The notes under the pieces: generated by a model
Databases searched by the model: none
The model's input: only the letters and a program-made list of their open reading frames with translations
What the model was told of the DNA's origin: nothing
Translations under genes and position numbers: made by a program
Part shown: piece after piece, positions 1-11,824 of the stretch
How the letters are laid out: each line of letters opens with the position of its first letter
Numbering within the stretch: position 1 is the stretch's first letter
Origin: an uncultured Acidimicrobiaceae bacterium
GTDB taxonomy: Bacteria > Actinomycetota > Acidimicrobiia > Acidimicrobiales > SZUA-35
Assembly (NCBI GenBank): GCA_964351995.1
Contig: CAYGQE010000026.1
Span: 2,460 to 66,459 of the forward strand
Reading direction: 5' to 3'
Length of the DNA: 64,000 bases

Positions 1-834
1 GTCGAGGCCAACGGTCACCACGCCGAGATCGGTCAGGTCCTTGATCGCCGTCGGAATCCCGCCCACTACCGCCATCGCCAAATGCTCGACCGCACCAGCA
101 GCGGTCTTGGTGACCGTCGGCGAGATGTGAACAGCGCGGTGTTTGGCCAACACGATGCCGGTGACACCGGCGCATTCCGCAGTGCGCAACAGCGCACCCA
201 AGTTTCCGGGGTCGGTGACACCGTCGAGCACCAGGATGTGGGCATTGGGCATCTGGGCCAAGTCCTCGAGCGATGACTCTGGCAACGGATCTGCACGCGC
301 CATCACGCCCTGATGCGACTCGGTCAGTGCTTCAGATTCGAAGCGTCGCCGCGGCACCGCTCGCAGCGGAATCTTCATCTCGAACGACAGCTCATTGATG
401 TCTTCGAGAATGTCAGCGGCATCCATGTCCTCGATCATCACGATCTCTCGAACGCGTCGTCGTCCGGCGAGTAGAAGCTCACGAACGGCCTGACGTCCTT
501 CGACATGGTCGCCACCGAGCCCACGCTTGGCTGCGGGCGAACGTTTGCCTCCTCGACCTTGCGGCTTTCCGCGTCGAGACGGAGTACCGCTCTCGGGTGG
601 GCCACTTCGCTCGGCTGCAGCCTTTGACGCCAAGCCCTTCGATGGAACGCCTCGACTGCCGGGGGCCTTGGAGCCGGCGTCCTTACCCCCGGTGTTGCGA
701 CTGCTGGGCCCTCTGGCGCCCGGCGCCTTGCCGCGCCCACCAGAGCCTTTGCTTCCGGGACCTCCAGTGCCTTTGCCGCCAGGGCTGCGAGCTCCCTGGC
801 TCTTGTTTCCTTGGCTTCTACGTTGTCCGCTCAT
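1..834 (-). CDS. rlmB: 23S rRNA (guanosine-2'-O)-methyltransferase RlmB/TrmH family, 3'-truncated by the window edge, with a long G/K/R/S/P-rich N-terminal extension
   Basis: Not in the ORF track (runs off the window). Manual translation from ATG 834, overlapping the ispF stop, gives ...VEGRQAVRELL...HQGV...LDGVTDPGNLGALLRTAECAG...KTAAGAVEH (SPOUT motifs). Typical position downstream of ispDF. Confidence 0.92.
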   Translation of the reverse strand, partial: MSGQRRSQGNKSQGARSPGGKGTGGPGSKGSGGRGKAPGARGPSSRNTGGKDAGSKAPGSRGVPSKGLASKAAAERSGPPESGTPSRRGKPQGRGGKRSPAAKRGLGGDHVEGRQAVRELLLAGRRRVREIVMIEDMDAADILEDINELSFEMKIPLRAVPRRRFESEALTESHQGVMARADPLPESSLEDLAQMPNAHILVLDGVTDPGNLGALLRTAECAGVTGIVLAKHRAVHISPTVTKTAAGAVEHLAMAVVGGIPTAIKDLTDLGVVTVGLD

Positions 835-1313
835 GCCTTCACCACCAGTGCTACGGCGTGACACTGCACGCCTCCTTGGAGACCATCGAGGCCTTCGGTT
901 CGCTTGCCTTTGACTCGCACGTCGCCGCCCACCACTGAACTCAGACGCTCTTCGATCTCGAGCTTGTGCGGTGCCAGTTTCGGTGTGTCGACCACGACCG
1001 TGCAGTCGACGTTGACCACGACCCAACCGGCAGCTGCCACGTCCACCATCGCTCGCCGGAGCAGGTCAATGCTGTCGGCGCCGGCCAGAGTTGGGTCGGT
1101 ATCGCTGAAGAGTTGGCCGATGTCTGGACAGCCAGCAGCCGACAGAATTGCATCGGTACAAGCGTGAGCGATCGGGTCGGCATCGCTGTGCCCGACGAGA
1201 CCAACGACATCAGGGAAGTGCGTACCACCGAGGATCAGGTGTCGGTCAGGATCGTCGGACCACGGGTGGACGTCAAAGCCGTGGCCAATCCGGATGTTCG
1301 GGATTGGGGTCAT
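831..1313 (-). CDS. ispF: 2-C-methyl-D-erythritol 2,4-cyclodiphosphate synthase
   Basis: RIGHGFDVH, GHSDAD, DIGQLF and NVDCTV motifs. Coupled to ispD. Confidence 0.96.
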   Translation of the reverse strand: MTPIPNIRIGHGFDVHPWSDDPDRHLILGGTHFPDVVGLVGHSDADPIAHACTDAILSAAGCPDIGQLFSDTDPTLAGADSIDLLRRAMVDVAAAGWVVVNVDCTVVVDTPKLAPHKLEIEERLSSVVGGDVRVKGKRTEGLDGLQGGVQCHAVALVVKA

Positions 1314-1987
1314 CTGGAGATCGCTTCTTCGTCTTCGTGCCCTGCAGCTCGGGCCAGCAGCGCTTCAGCGACAACGAGATCGGCCGGTTCGGTGATCTTG
1401 AGGTTTGCGACGTCACCGTCGACGTGCAGCACCACCTCGCCGATGGCATCGACGAGCGATGCGTCGTCGGTCGCCCCCGAGGCGTCAGATGCCATTGCGT
1501 GGGCCCGTTCGAGAACAGCGCGGTGGAAACCTTGCGGCGTCTGAACTGCCACAAACCCGGATCGATCAACGGATCCGCCGTCAACCGCACGAAGCGAATC
1601 AGTGACAGCGACGACTGGCACAACAGCGGGTGCATGATCGAGCCCCGCAATCACCCGAGCAACGACTGCAGATGTCACCAATGGGCGGGCTCCGTCGTGG
1701 ACGAGAACACGATCAACATCGGCAGGCACGGCCGCAAGGCCAGCTCGCACCGACGCAGCACGACTGTCGCCACCAGCCACAACAACATCACCTGGCAAGT
1801 CTGCCAAACCGACAACAGCACTCGGCACCACGACCACGACACCATCGACTGACGCGCTCCGTGGTCCATCAACGAGAGCCGCCACCGCAAGGTCGAGCAC
1901 GCGGCGATCACCAAGGGGCTCGAGCTGCTTGAAGGTGCCAAAGCGAGTACCGGAGCCACCGGCCACGACGATTCCCCAAAGACCCAT
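1310..1987 (-). CDS. ispD: 2-C-methyl-D-erythritol 4-phosphate cytidylyltransferase
   Basis: VVAGGSGTRFG, VLVHDGARPL, VQTPQGF, TDDASL and NLKIT motifs. Start reset to ATG 1987 (MGLWGIVVAGG). Confidence 0.94.
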   Translation of the reverse strand: MGLWGIVVAGGSGTRFGTFKQLEPLGDRRVLDLAVAALVDGPRSASVDGVVVVVPSAVVGLADLPGDVVVAGGDSRAASVRAGLAAVPADVDRVLVHDGARPLVTSAVVARVIAGLDHAPAVVPVVAVTDSLRAVDGGSVDRSGFVAVQTPQGFHRAVLERAHAMASDASGATDDASLVDAIGEVVLHVDGDVANLKITEPADLVVAEALLARAAGHEDEEAISR

Positions 1988-2120
1988 GACCGGCGACGAT
2001 ACCCCGCTGCCAGTGGGGCAAGGTCTTGGAGGTGCGCCCGACGAGCTCGCCTCCGCCAGACCAAGGCACCATGACGACAGGATGTGACATACCGCACTAC
2101 CTGTCCGGTACGGTGGCGGG

Positions 2121-2780
2121 ATGGTCGAACCCGAGCTGCTCCGCACGATCGAGCTCTTCGCTGACTTCAACGACGAGCTGCTCGAACGGATGGCAAATCT
2201 GTGCGACACGCTCGAGTTCCAGCGCGGCGATGTCCTGTTCTCCGAGGGCGACGAGTCGAACCAGCTCTACGTCACCATGAGCGGCAGGATCGCCATGGTC
2301 AATCGATCGATCGATGGCCGAGAGTCGGTTGTGGCTCTGATGGAGGACGGCGATCTCTTCGGCGAGATGCCCCTCTTCGATCGCCAGATGCGATCCACCG
2401 ATGCCCGAGCACTCGAACCCTCGACTGCTGTGGTCATTCCGTACGCCCCGCTCCGCCAGATCTATGAGGACGACCCCAAGCAGCTGTGGCGCGTCGTGGC
2501 TCTACTCGCCAACCGACTCCGGGCAATGGACGGTGTCCTGGCCGACTCGGTGTTCCTCGACGTCACGGGCCGAACAGCCAAGCGTCTGCTCGAGATCGCT
2601 GGCGATGCCGACGAGTTCGCTCTGCCAGTCACCCAGGAAGAACTTGCGGGCATGGTCGGCGCAAGCCGCGAGCGGGTCAACAAGGCAATTGCCAGCTTCA
2701 TCCGCCTCGGCTGGCTCGAACAACGAGATCGCCGCTACGTGATTCTCAAGCGAGATCAGCTCGAACTTCGTTCACGCTGA
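2121..2780 (+). CDS. crp: Crp/Fnr-family (GlxR/Crp-like) cyclic-nucleotide-binding transcription regulator
   Basis: cNMP domain (FGEMPLFDRQMRST) and HTH (TQEELAGMVGASRERVNKA). Confidence 0.9.
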   Translation: MVEPELLRTIELFADFNDELLERMANLCDTLEFQRGDVLFSEGDESNQLYVTMSGRIAMVNRSIDGRESVVALMEDGDLFGEMPLFDRQMRSTDARALEPSTAVVIPYAPLRQIYEDDPKQLWRVVALLANRLRAMDGVLADSVFLDVTGRTAKRLLEIAGDADEFALPVTQEELAGMVGASRERVNKAIASFIRLGWLEQRDRRYVILKRDQLELRSR

Positions 2781-2827
2781 CGCTCTGAACCTGCGTTGCG
2801 TTCCCGCCATTCGAGTCGGTGCTGCGC

Positions 2828-3910
2828 TCAGACCCTTCGACCGCCCGTCTTGCGTCGTGCCGCCGAGGCTGCGCCCGAGATGGCCAGATGCAACTCTCCA
2901 GCACGCCGATCGCTCATGCCGTCGACTTCAGCGATCTGCTCGGCTGTTGCCTCGAGCAGGACATCGAGCGTGCCGAACCTCTCGACCAAGGACTCCATCA
3001 GCGGCTCAGACAAACGCGGAACACGGGTGAGGAGCCCAAGCCCCTTCGGGCTCAACGATGCGCTCAAGTCGGTGCCTGCTGATGCCAAGTGGAGTGTCTT
3101 CGCCATGATCTCTTCGTTGAAGAGTGCGTCGTCATCGAGCGCTGACAGCGCCGTCATGGCCTCTTCCACGCGGAACGCACTGTCATCCTGGAAGTAGTCG
3201 CGAATCAGGAGACGACGATCGTCGGCCACACCACTCATCAATTCATTGAGCTGGAGGCGAACCAGACGCCCATCGGAGCCCAACTCAAGCAAGTTCCGTT
3301 CGATCTCGGATGCGATTCGCACGGTCATCTCCGCCCGTTGCAGCACTTCGACGACATCGTTCAGAGCAACGAGATTGTTGACCTCGAGTGCAGCGAGCGT
3401 GTGCGTGACTTGATCGAGGCGGTTCCGGTACCGCTCGAGCGTCTGCAGCGCCTGGTTGGACCGCTCGAGAAGCCGACTGACAGATTCGAGCGAGTGGCGT
3501 TGATCGCCCACGTACGCCTGGATCTCCTTGCGCGATTCCGACACGGCGATGACCGGCACATTGAGACTGCGGGCCACTCGCTCTGCGGTGCGATGACGGG
3601 TGCCCGTCTCGGCGGTCGGAACGTTTGGATTGGGCACCAGGTGGACGTTGGCTCGAGCGATTCGGCTGCCATCAGATGCCAGGATGATGGCGCCATCCAT
3701 TTTGGCCAACTCAGACAAACGTTGAGGAGTGAACGCTGCATCGAGCAAGAACCCGCCCGAACAGATGTTGAGGACGTCGGGACCATCGCCGAACACGATC
3801 AGCCCGCCACGACCGGACTGCAACACTCGATCGAGGCCATCACGCAGCGGCGTCCCAGGTGCAACCTGGGTCAGCGCACGCGCCATCGCGCCATCGAGTC
3901 CAAAGTCCAT
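2828..3910 (-). CDS. disA: DNA integrity scanning diadenylate cyclase DisA
   Basis: ELAKMDGA and ETGTRHRTA DAC motifs, C-terminal HhH, adjacent to radA. Start ATG 3910 lies 6 nt after a TACGAT -10 hexamer. Confidence 0.95.
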   Translation of the reverse strand: MDFGLDGAMARALTQVAPGTPLRDGLDRVLQSGRGGLIVFGDGPDVLNICSGGFLLDAAFTPQRLSELAKMDGAIILASDGSRIARANVHLVPNPNVPTAETGTRHRTAERVARSLNVPVIAVSESRKEIQAYVGDQRHSLESVSRLLERSNQALQTLERYRNRLDQVTHTLAALEVNNLVALNDVVEVLQRAEMTVRIASEIERNLLELGSDGRLVRLQLNELMSGVADDRRLLIRDYFQDDSAFRVEEAMTALSALDDDALFNEEIMAKTLHLASAGTDLSASLSPKGLGLLTRVPRLSEPLMESLVERFGTLDVLLEATAEQIAEVDGMSDRRAGELHLAISGAASAARRKTGGRRV

Positions 3911-4002
3911 CGCCACATCGTAGTTCAAGACCCACCGACCTCTCTGGTGGGTTCTCACAGCGCCGCTCGAGCCCACTGACGGTCGCCCAAGTTCAGAGTC
4001 GG

Positions 4003-5361
4003 TCAGAACGGCGCACCGATCGGTGCCGGCAGCTGCGCCAAGGCCTCGCTGATGGTGCCCGCCCGGATCAGGCGCATGCCGGTCGGCCCGTCGCCAGCCG
4101 AGTTGGGCACGATCGCGCTGCGGAAGCCAAGACGGTACGCCTCCCCGAGGCGACGATCGAGCTGCGGGACCGAACGGATCTCTCCCGACAGTCCGAGCTC
4201 ACCACACGCAACGAGCTCGGACGGGAACGGAGAATCAGCAATCGCGGAAGCGACGGCAAGCGCAACACCAAGATCGGCGCCGGGCTCGACAATCGACGCA
4301 CCACCGGCTGCCGAGACAAACACCTGCTGTCCGTAGGTCGAGACACCACCGCGTTGTTCAAGTACCGCACACACCAGCTTGGCGCGGCTTCCACTGAGAC
4401 CCTCGGCCGTGATCGCTGCGGGGCGATCGCCATGGGGGGAGGCCAACGCCTGGACCTCGACGAGCACCGGGCGATGACCATCGAGCGCCGGCACCACCAT
4501 CGAGCCGGCCGTGTCGAGACGCCGATCAGCCAAGAAGCGACCACTCGGGTCAGAGACTGCCTCGAGGCCGAGGCCTGTCATCTCGAAGAGACCTACGTCG
4601 GTCGTCGGCCCGAAACGATGCTTGACCGCGCGAAGGAAACGCAGATCGTGATGTCGATCGCCGCTGAACGAGAGCACCGTGTCGACCACGTGCTCCAAAA
4701 GTCTCGGGCCAGCAAGTGCTCCGTCTTTGGTGACATGACCGATCAGAACCAGAGAAATGCCGTTTGTCTTTGCTGCACCGACCAAACGAGCGGCGGCCTC
4801 GCGTACCTGGCTGACCGATCCAGGTGACGCATCGAGCTCTCCAACTCGCAGCGTCTGAATCGAATCGATGATGGCTACGGCGGGCCGTTCGGCGGCCAGG
4901 GTGGACACGATCGTTTCAACGGCGGTGTCGTCCAACACCATCAGGGACGGGGGGATCGGCCCGAGACGGGCCGCCCTTGCCGCCACCTGGGACGGCGCTT
5001 CCTCACCGGTGATGAGTATGACTCCGGCGCCCGTCGAGGCGACAGAGGTGGCAACTTGCAACGTCAGCGTCGACTTTCCGATGCCTGGTTCACCGCTGAG
5101 TAACGTGACCGACCCGGCGACCAGGCCACCACCCAGCACTCGATCGACCTCAGCAAGACCAACAGGGTTCGGCACCGAAGTCGATCCATCGAAGGAATCA
5201 AGTGGTTGAACGGCACGTGCGGCCGCTGGCTTGCCCTTCCCAGCCGCTACCACCATCTCTTCGATGGTTGCCCACCCGTCGCACGCATTGCACTGACCAG
5301 TCCATGCTGGCGTTTCCGCCCCGCATGACCGACACACGAATGTTCGCCGTTGTTTTGCCAT
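4003..5361 (-). CDS. radA: DNA repair protein RadA/Sms
   Basis: CxxC..CxxC Zn finger, Walker A GEPGIGKST, IDSIQT, KHRFG, Lon-like C-terminus. Confidence 0.96.
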   Translation of the reverse strand: MAKQRRTFVCRSCGAETPAWTGQCNACDGWATIEEMVVAAGKGKPAAARAVQPLDSFDGSTSVPNPVGLAEVDRVLGGGLVAGSVTLLSGEPGIGKSTLTLQVATSVASTGAGVILITGEEAPSQVAARAARLGPIPPSLMVLDDTAVETIVSTLAAERPAVAIIDSIQTLRVGELDASPGSVSQVREAAARLVGAAKTNGISLVLIGHVTKDGALAGPRLLEHVVDTVLSFSGDRHHDLRFLRAVKHRFGPTTDVGLFEMTGLGLEAVSDPSGRFLADRRLDTAGSMVVPALDGHRPVLVEVQALASPHGDRPAAITAEGLSGSRAKLVCAVLEQRGGVSTYGQQVFVSAAGGASIVEPGADLGVALAVASAIADSPFPSELVACGELGLSGEIRSVPQLDRRLGEAYRLGFRSAIVPNSAGDGPTGMRLIRAGTISEALAQLPAPIGAPF

Positions 5362-5368
5362 CCCACCA

Positions 5369-6310
5369 TCATGACAACGGGGTATGACACTCCTCCTGGG
5401 AGAAGGCGGCGATCACCGGGGCGAAGGATTCGACTTCGCGGACGGTGAAATAGTTGATGCCCCACCGGTCTCGACATCGCTCGATCTTGGACACGATCTC
5501 ATCGACGGTCCCGATCAATGCATAGGGAGTGTTCGCCACATCATCCGCTGTCAAGCCGTCAACTCGGTCGACCAATGCGGCCGTGACGCCGTCCCGGTCT
5601 TCGGTGACATCCATGACCTGCGCAAGAGCGTTGAATTCCACGGCCTCAAAACGCGACCCTGCGCCGGTTCGTACTTGATCGAGCTGGGCATCAAGGTGCT
5701 CGACCGTCCACTTGACCGTGTGCCGATGACCATCTTCGAGCGTTCGGCCGAGGCCTTGGAGCCCGATGATGTCGGCGTGGGCGCCAGCGTGTCCCAGCAG
5801 AGCTGCCCCGTTTCCACCGACCAAGATCGGCAATCGGTCCTGCACCGACCGATCGATCGATGCACCCCGGATCTGATGATGCGGTCCGTCGTGATCCACG
5901 GTCTCTCCGTCCAGCAGCGCTCTGATGATCTCGACCTGCTCCGCCAACTGGGCCTTGCGATCAAACGCCGACCGACGCTCGATGCCGGTCTCGTCGTACT
6001 CGTGAGGGGTGTGACCCGCACCGAGGCCCAACTCGAAACGTCCTCCCGACAGCTGATCAAGGGTCGAGGCCTCCCATGCCAACTGCACGGGGTTCCGCAT
6101 GGTTGCGTTGAGGACGAAGGTCCCCAGCCGGATGGTCGACGTTGCCTCCGCGACGGCTCCAAGGGTCGGCAACGGGGCCACGCCTGGGCCGACGTGGTCA
6201 CTCATCGTGAAGACGTCAAAGCCAGTCGCCTCAGCTCGGCGGGCGACCTCGACTGGTCCATCACCGTCTTGGCTGGAGAACTGGCAGGCGAAACGAAAGG
6301 GTCGCAGCAT
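5369..6310 (-). CDS. LLM-class (probably F420-dependent) oxidoreductase
   Basis: SDH, TSTIRLGTFVLN, LSGGRFELGLGAG, PILVGG and RDRWGINY motifs of the luciferase-like monooxygenase family. Confidence 0.88.
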   Translation of the reverse strand: MLRPFRFACQFSSQDGDGPVEVARRAEATGFDVFTMSDHVGPGVAPLPTLGAVAEATSTIRLGTFVLNATMRNPVQLAWEASTLDQLSGGRFELGLGAGHTPHEYDETGIERRSAFDRKAQLAEQVEIIRALLDGETVDHDGPHHQIRGASIDRSVQDRLPILVGGNGAALLGHAGAHADIIGLQGLGRTLEDGHRHTVKWTVEHLDAQLDQVRTGAGSRFEAVEFNALAQVMDVTEDRDGVTAALVDRVDGLTADDVANTPYALIGTVDEIVSKIERCRDRWGINYFTVREVESFAPVIAAFSQEECHTPLS

Positions 6311-6363
6311 CCAGGCAGCGTAGGAAATCGACGACTCAAGTGCAACTTTATGGTTGCACCAAT

Positions 6364-7854
6364 TCAGGCTTCGGCTGGCGTCGAGACCTCGAAGCTGCGC
6401 AGAATCGCGTGCCCGTTCGACTCTTCAACTGCGGCAGCAGGGGCGAACCAGGCCGTTCGGTACCCGAGGTCCCTGGCTGCGTCGAGATTGGCCAGGTCGT
6501 CATCGACCACCATGATCAAACTGGGCGGTTGACCAGTCACTCGTCGCAGCACTTCGAAGATGGGGCGGTCTGGCTTCCGAACGCCGACCGCCCCGCTGAG
6601 GATCCACGGATCGATCAAGCCGTCGAGGCTGTGCTTCGCCTTCAACTTGTTGGCCCAGGTCGTGGCGTCATTCGTGATGCACGCGACCTGCACGCCCTGA
6701 TCCCGAAGGGTTCGCAAGAACTTGATCACACCGGGATTGAGCTGGAATCGACTGAGATAGGCCTCATCGAGTTCATCGACGTCACCGTCGAGATCGAGCG
6801 AACGCCAGAAATCGGCCGTGGTCATACGGCCAAGGCTGAGCGCTCGAGACCGAGCGACGATCTCGTCCTCGGTGACCGTCGACCCCATCTCTCGAACGAA
6901 CGGCACCAAGATCTGATGAATGTCGTTGCCTTCTCGGTACACCACACCCATACCGTCGAGGGCCACGACCACCGGTGTGGTGCTGACCTCGTCACCGTTG
7001 ACAAGACTCTCCTCGGCAGCGATGACCGGCGTGGGCCGGGGCTTGGGCTTCGCCACTTCTGGCTTCCGCTTCTTGCGTCGGTTCTGCGGCCGGAGCAGGC
7101 GGAGCATCTGGCCGAGGAGGACCAACGCAGCAAGGACTGCCGCAACGACCGCAATCCCCCGCCAGACCAGTGCGGTCACCGTTCGAGCCGACGATGCCAC
7201 TGAAACGTCGACCGTGGAGGCGGCATCCAGTGTTGTCTCCCACACCCGGGTGGTACCACCGTCGCTTGACACCGCTTCACCGGTCGATTCCTCGATGAGC
7301 GTCGGGTCGCCGGGCAGCTCGACTCGCAACGAGACCGTAACGTCAGACGCTGATGCTTGGTAGCGAGTCGCCAAGTCCTCGATCGACCGCCCGAGGGTGG
7401 CGACAAGCTCGGGGTCGCCAAACAATTCGAGCCCGGTGGGGTTGATCGAGCCGCGGATGGCGTAGTCAACTCGCGCAAACGCCTTGGTCCGGTCGAGTTC
7501 GAAGTCGGCGAACAGATCGGCGTCGCCCGAGATCTCCTGCATGATGTCGTCGAGCTGTGCCGCTGTCCCAAAACCCTTCGACGCCGACAGCAACAACCCG
7601 CCGGTCTCGAGGCGCTGCGGTGCGTCGGTGGTCCAACCGGCATCATCGAGGTCGCCGAGGGCCAGGCCTACCGTCCCGAGGTCGATGATCTCGGTGGTCG
7701 CAGCGTCATCGAGTTCGACTTCGACCTGCACGACGCCCGAGCCGTCTTCTTCGACATCGACGGTGACGTCGATACGCGAATCGCAGCCGACCAGAATCAA
7801 CAAAGCAGCAACAGGCCAGAACCGACGAAGAAGAACCGAAAACGCCCGAAGCAC
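6364..7854 (-). CDS. Putative lipoprotein with extracellular domain, TM helix and C-terminal HAD-family phosphatase
   Basis: Lipobox-like LILVGC, VDVEEDGSG (LppM-like), TM WRGIAVVAAVLAALVLLG, HAD motifs LDGMG / ITND / GVRKPD / VDD. Start GTG 7854 lies 6 nt after TACCTT. Confidence 0.8.
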   Translation of the reverse strand: MLRAFSVLLRRFWPVAALLILVGCDSRIDVTVDVEEDGSGVVQVEVELDDAATTEIIDLGTVGLALGDLDDAGWTTDAPQRLETGGLLLSASKGFGTAAQLDDIMQEISGDADLFADFELDRTKAFARVDYAIRGSINPTGLELFGDPELVATLGRSIEDLATRYQASASDVTVSLRVELPGDPTLIEESTGEAVSSDGGTTRVWETTLDAASTVDVSVASSARTVTALVWRGIAVVAAVLAALVLLGQMLRLLRPQNRRKKRKPEVAKPKPRPTPVIAAEESLVNGDEVSTTPVVVALDGMGVVYREGNDIHQILVPFVREMGSTVTEDEIVARSRALSLGRMTTADFWRSLDLDGDVDELDEAYLSRFQLNPGVIKFLRTLRDQGVQVACITNDATTWANKLKAKHSLDGLIDPWILSGAVGVRKPDRPIFEVLRRVTGQPPSLIMVVDDDLANLDAARDLGYRTAWFAPAAAVEESNGHAILRSFEVSTPAEA

Positions 7855-7897
7855 CGCCCCAAGGTAGTGGAACGATGCTTCAGACCAGTTCACGGTG

Positions 7898-7984
7898 CCA
7901 ACCCGGGGCTCACACCGCCAAAACTGAGGGTCCCAAACCCGGGGTTCAGGACCTACGTTTTCGTGGGTCGTGGCCCCCGGTTGG
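7898..7984. repeat. Long imperfect nested inverted repeat downstream of clpC (terminator or REP/MITE-like)
   Basis: CCAACCCGGGGCTCAC...GTGGCCCCCGGTTGG outer arms, inner AAAAC..GGTCC / GGACC..GTTTT and AACCC/GGGTT. Confidence 0.6.
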
Positions 7985-7998
7985 GGGATCAGCTTGTG

Positions 7999-10542
<2,544 letters not shown>

Positions 10543-10605
10543 GGATTTCCTCCGAGATCGGTGGATGAGGGCCGGCGTGCGTTGACACGTCGAGACAACG
10601 TAGAG

Positions 10606-10631
10606 AACAACCCTACAGCCCAAGGTGTTCC
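10606..10631 (-). promoter_or_regulatory. Candidate SigR/SigH-type promoter upstream of clpC
   Basis: Minus strand GGAAC-N18-GTT matches the SigR consensus. clpC is an established SigR-regulon member in actinobacteria, and sigR-rsrA is in this window. Confidence 0.55.
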
Positions 10632-10776
10632 CAAGGTCGGCCCGGGCGGCCGTGACATGAGGCCTCGGCCCGATCTCGGCGAGCTCGTGACGTCTCTGCG
10701 AGAACTCCACCACCCTCTGTGGTGAAAGATTGCGTTGGTTGAGCCCCGAGGAGGACGCTCACCTAGCCTGTCCATC

Positions 10777-11778
10777 GTGGCTACGAATCCGCTCGCTCTT
10801 CTTCCAACCGCCGAGGCCGACAAGGCTCGCGTCGAGCAGACTCTGCTCGACGTCGTCCGGATCGACAACGATCCGTATCTGACGGAGATCTCCTCGCACC
10901 TGATCAAAGCCGGCGGGAAACGACTTCGACCGCTCTTTGCGATTGCTGGAGCAGCTGCGTCACTGCCAGACGGCACATCGGTACACGACGACGTGGTCCG
11001 AGGCGGCGTGGCCGTCGAGCTCGTCCACATCGGGTCGCTCTACCACGACGATGTCATGGACGAAGCCGAGATGCGGCGGCAGGTCATCAGCGTCAACGCC
11101 CGCTGGGGCAACCTTCGTGCAATCCTCAGCGGCGACTACCTGCTGGCCAAGGCCTCGGAAATCGCCGCCGATCTCGGCGTTGAAGTTGCTGGACTCCTCG
11201 CCACCACGATCGCCGACCTGTGCCGAGGCCAAGTCGGCGAACTCCAGACCATGTACGACGTCGATCGCACCGAGGAGCAGTACTTCCCTTCGATCGCTGG
11301 CAAGACAGCCTCGCTTTACGCAGCAGCCTGCCGCATCGGCGGCATCGTCACCGACCAACCTCGAGCTGACATCGACCGCCTCACTGAATTCGGCCGCCTC
11401 TACGGCATGGCTTTCCAGGTCGTCGACGACATTCTCGACGTCATCGCTACCGACGAAGAGCTCGGCAAGCCCGCAGGAAACGACATGATCGAAGGTGTCT
11501 ACAGCCTTCCGGTGATCCACACGCTGGCCTGGCCAGAGGGCAAGATGCTGCGAGAACTGCTCACCGATGGCCTCGCCATCGAGGACCGTCACCGTGCGAT
11601 CGAGATCGTGCGGAACGGCCCAGGCGTGGCGTCGTCGCTCGAAGTCGCTCAGCGCTTCATCAGCGAAGCCAAGACCGTGCTGGCCGAGGTTAGTTCGAAC
11701 CAGGCTGCGGCAGCCCTGGCCGGCGCCGCCGACCACCTGCTCGAGAGCATCCCGTTCGAGAAGGCCAACATCACGTGA
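10777..11778 (+). CDS. Polyprenyl (heptaprenyl-type) diphosphate synthase
   Basis: GGKRLRP, first Asp-rich motif HDDVMD..RR, second motif FQVVDDILD, GKPAGND. Start GTG 10777 follows TAGCCT. Confidence 0.93.
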   Translation: MATNPLALLPTAEADKARVEQTLLDVVRIDNDPYLTEISSHLIKAGGKRLRPLFAIAGAAASLPDGTSVHDDVVRGGVAVELVHIGSLYHDDVMDEAEMRRQVISVNARWGNLRAILSGDYLLAKASEIAADLGVEVAGLLATTIADLCRGQVGELQTMYDVDRTEEQYFPSIAGKTASLYAAACRIGGIVTDQPRADIDRLTEFGRLYGMAFQVVDDILDVIATDEELGKPAGNDMIEGVYSLPVIHTLAWPEGKMLRELLTDGLAIEDRHRAIEIVRNGPGVASSLEVAQRFISEAKTVLAEVSSNQAAAALAGAADHLLESIPFEKANIT

Positions 11779-11824
11779 ATGCGTCGGCGCAGGGCGCCGA
11801 CTCATTCGTTCGATCTAGTCTCTG

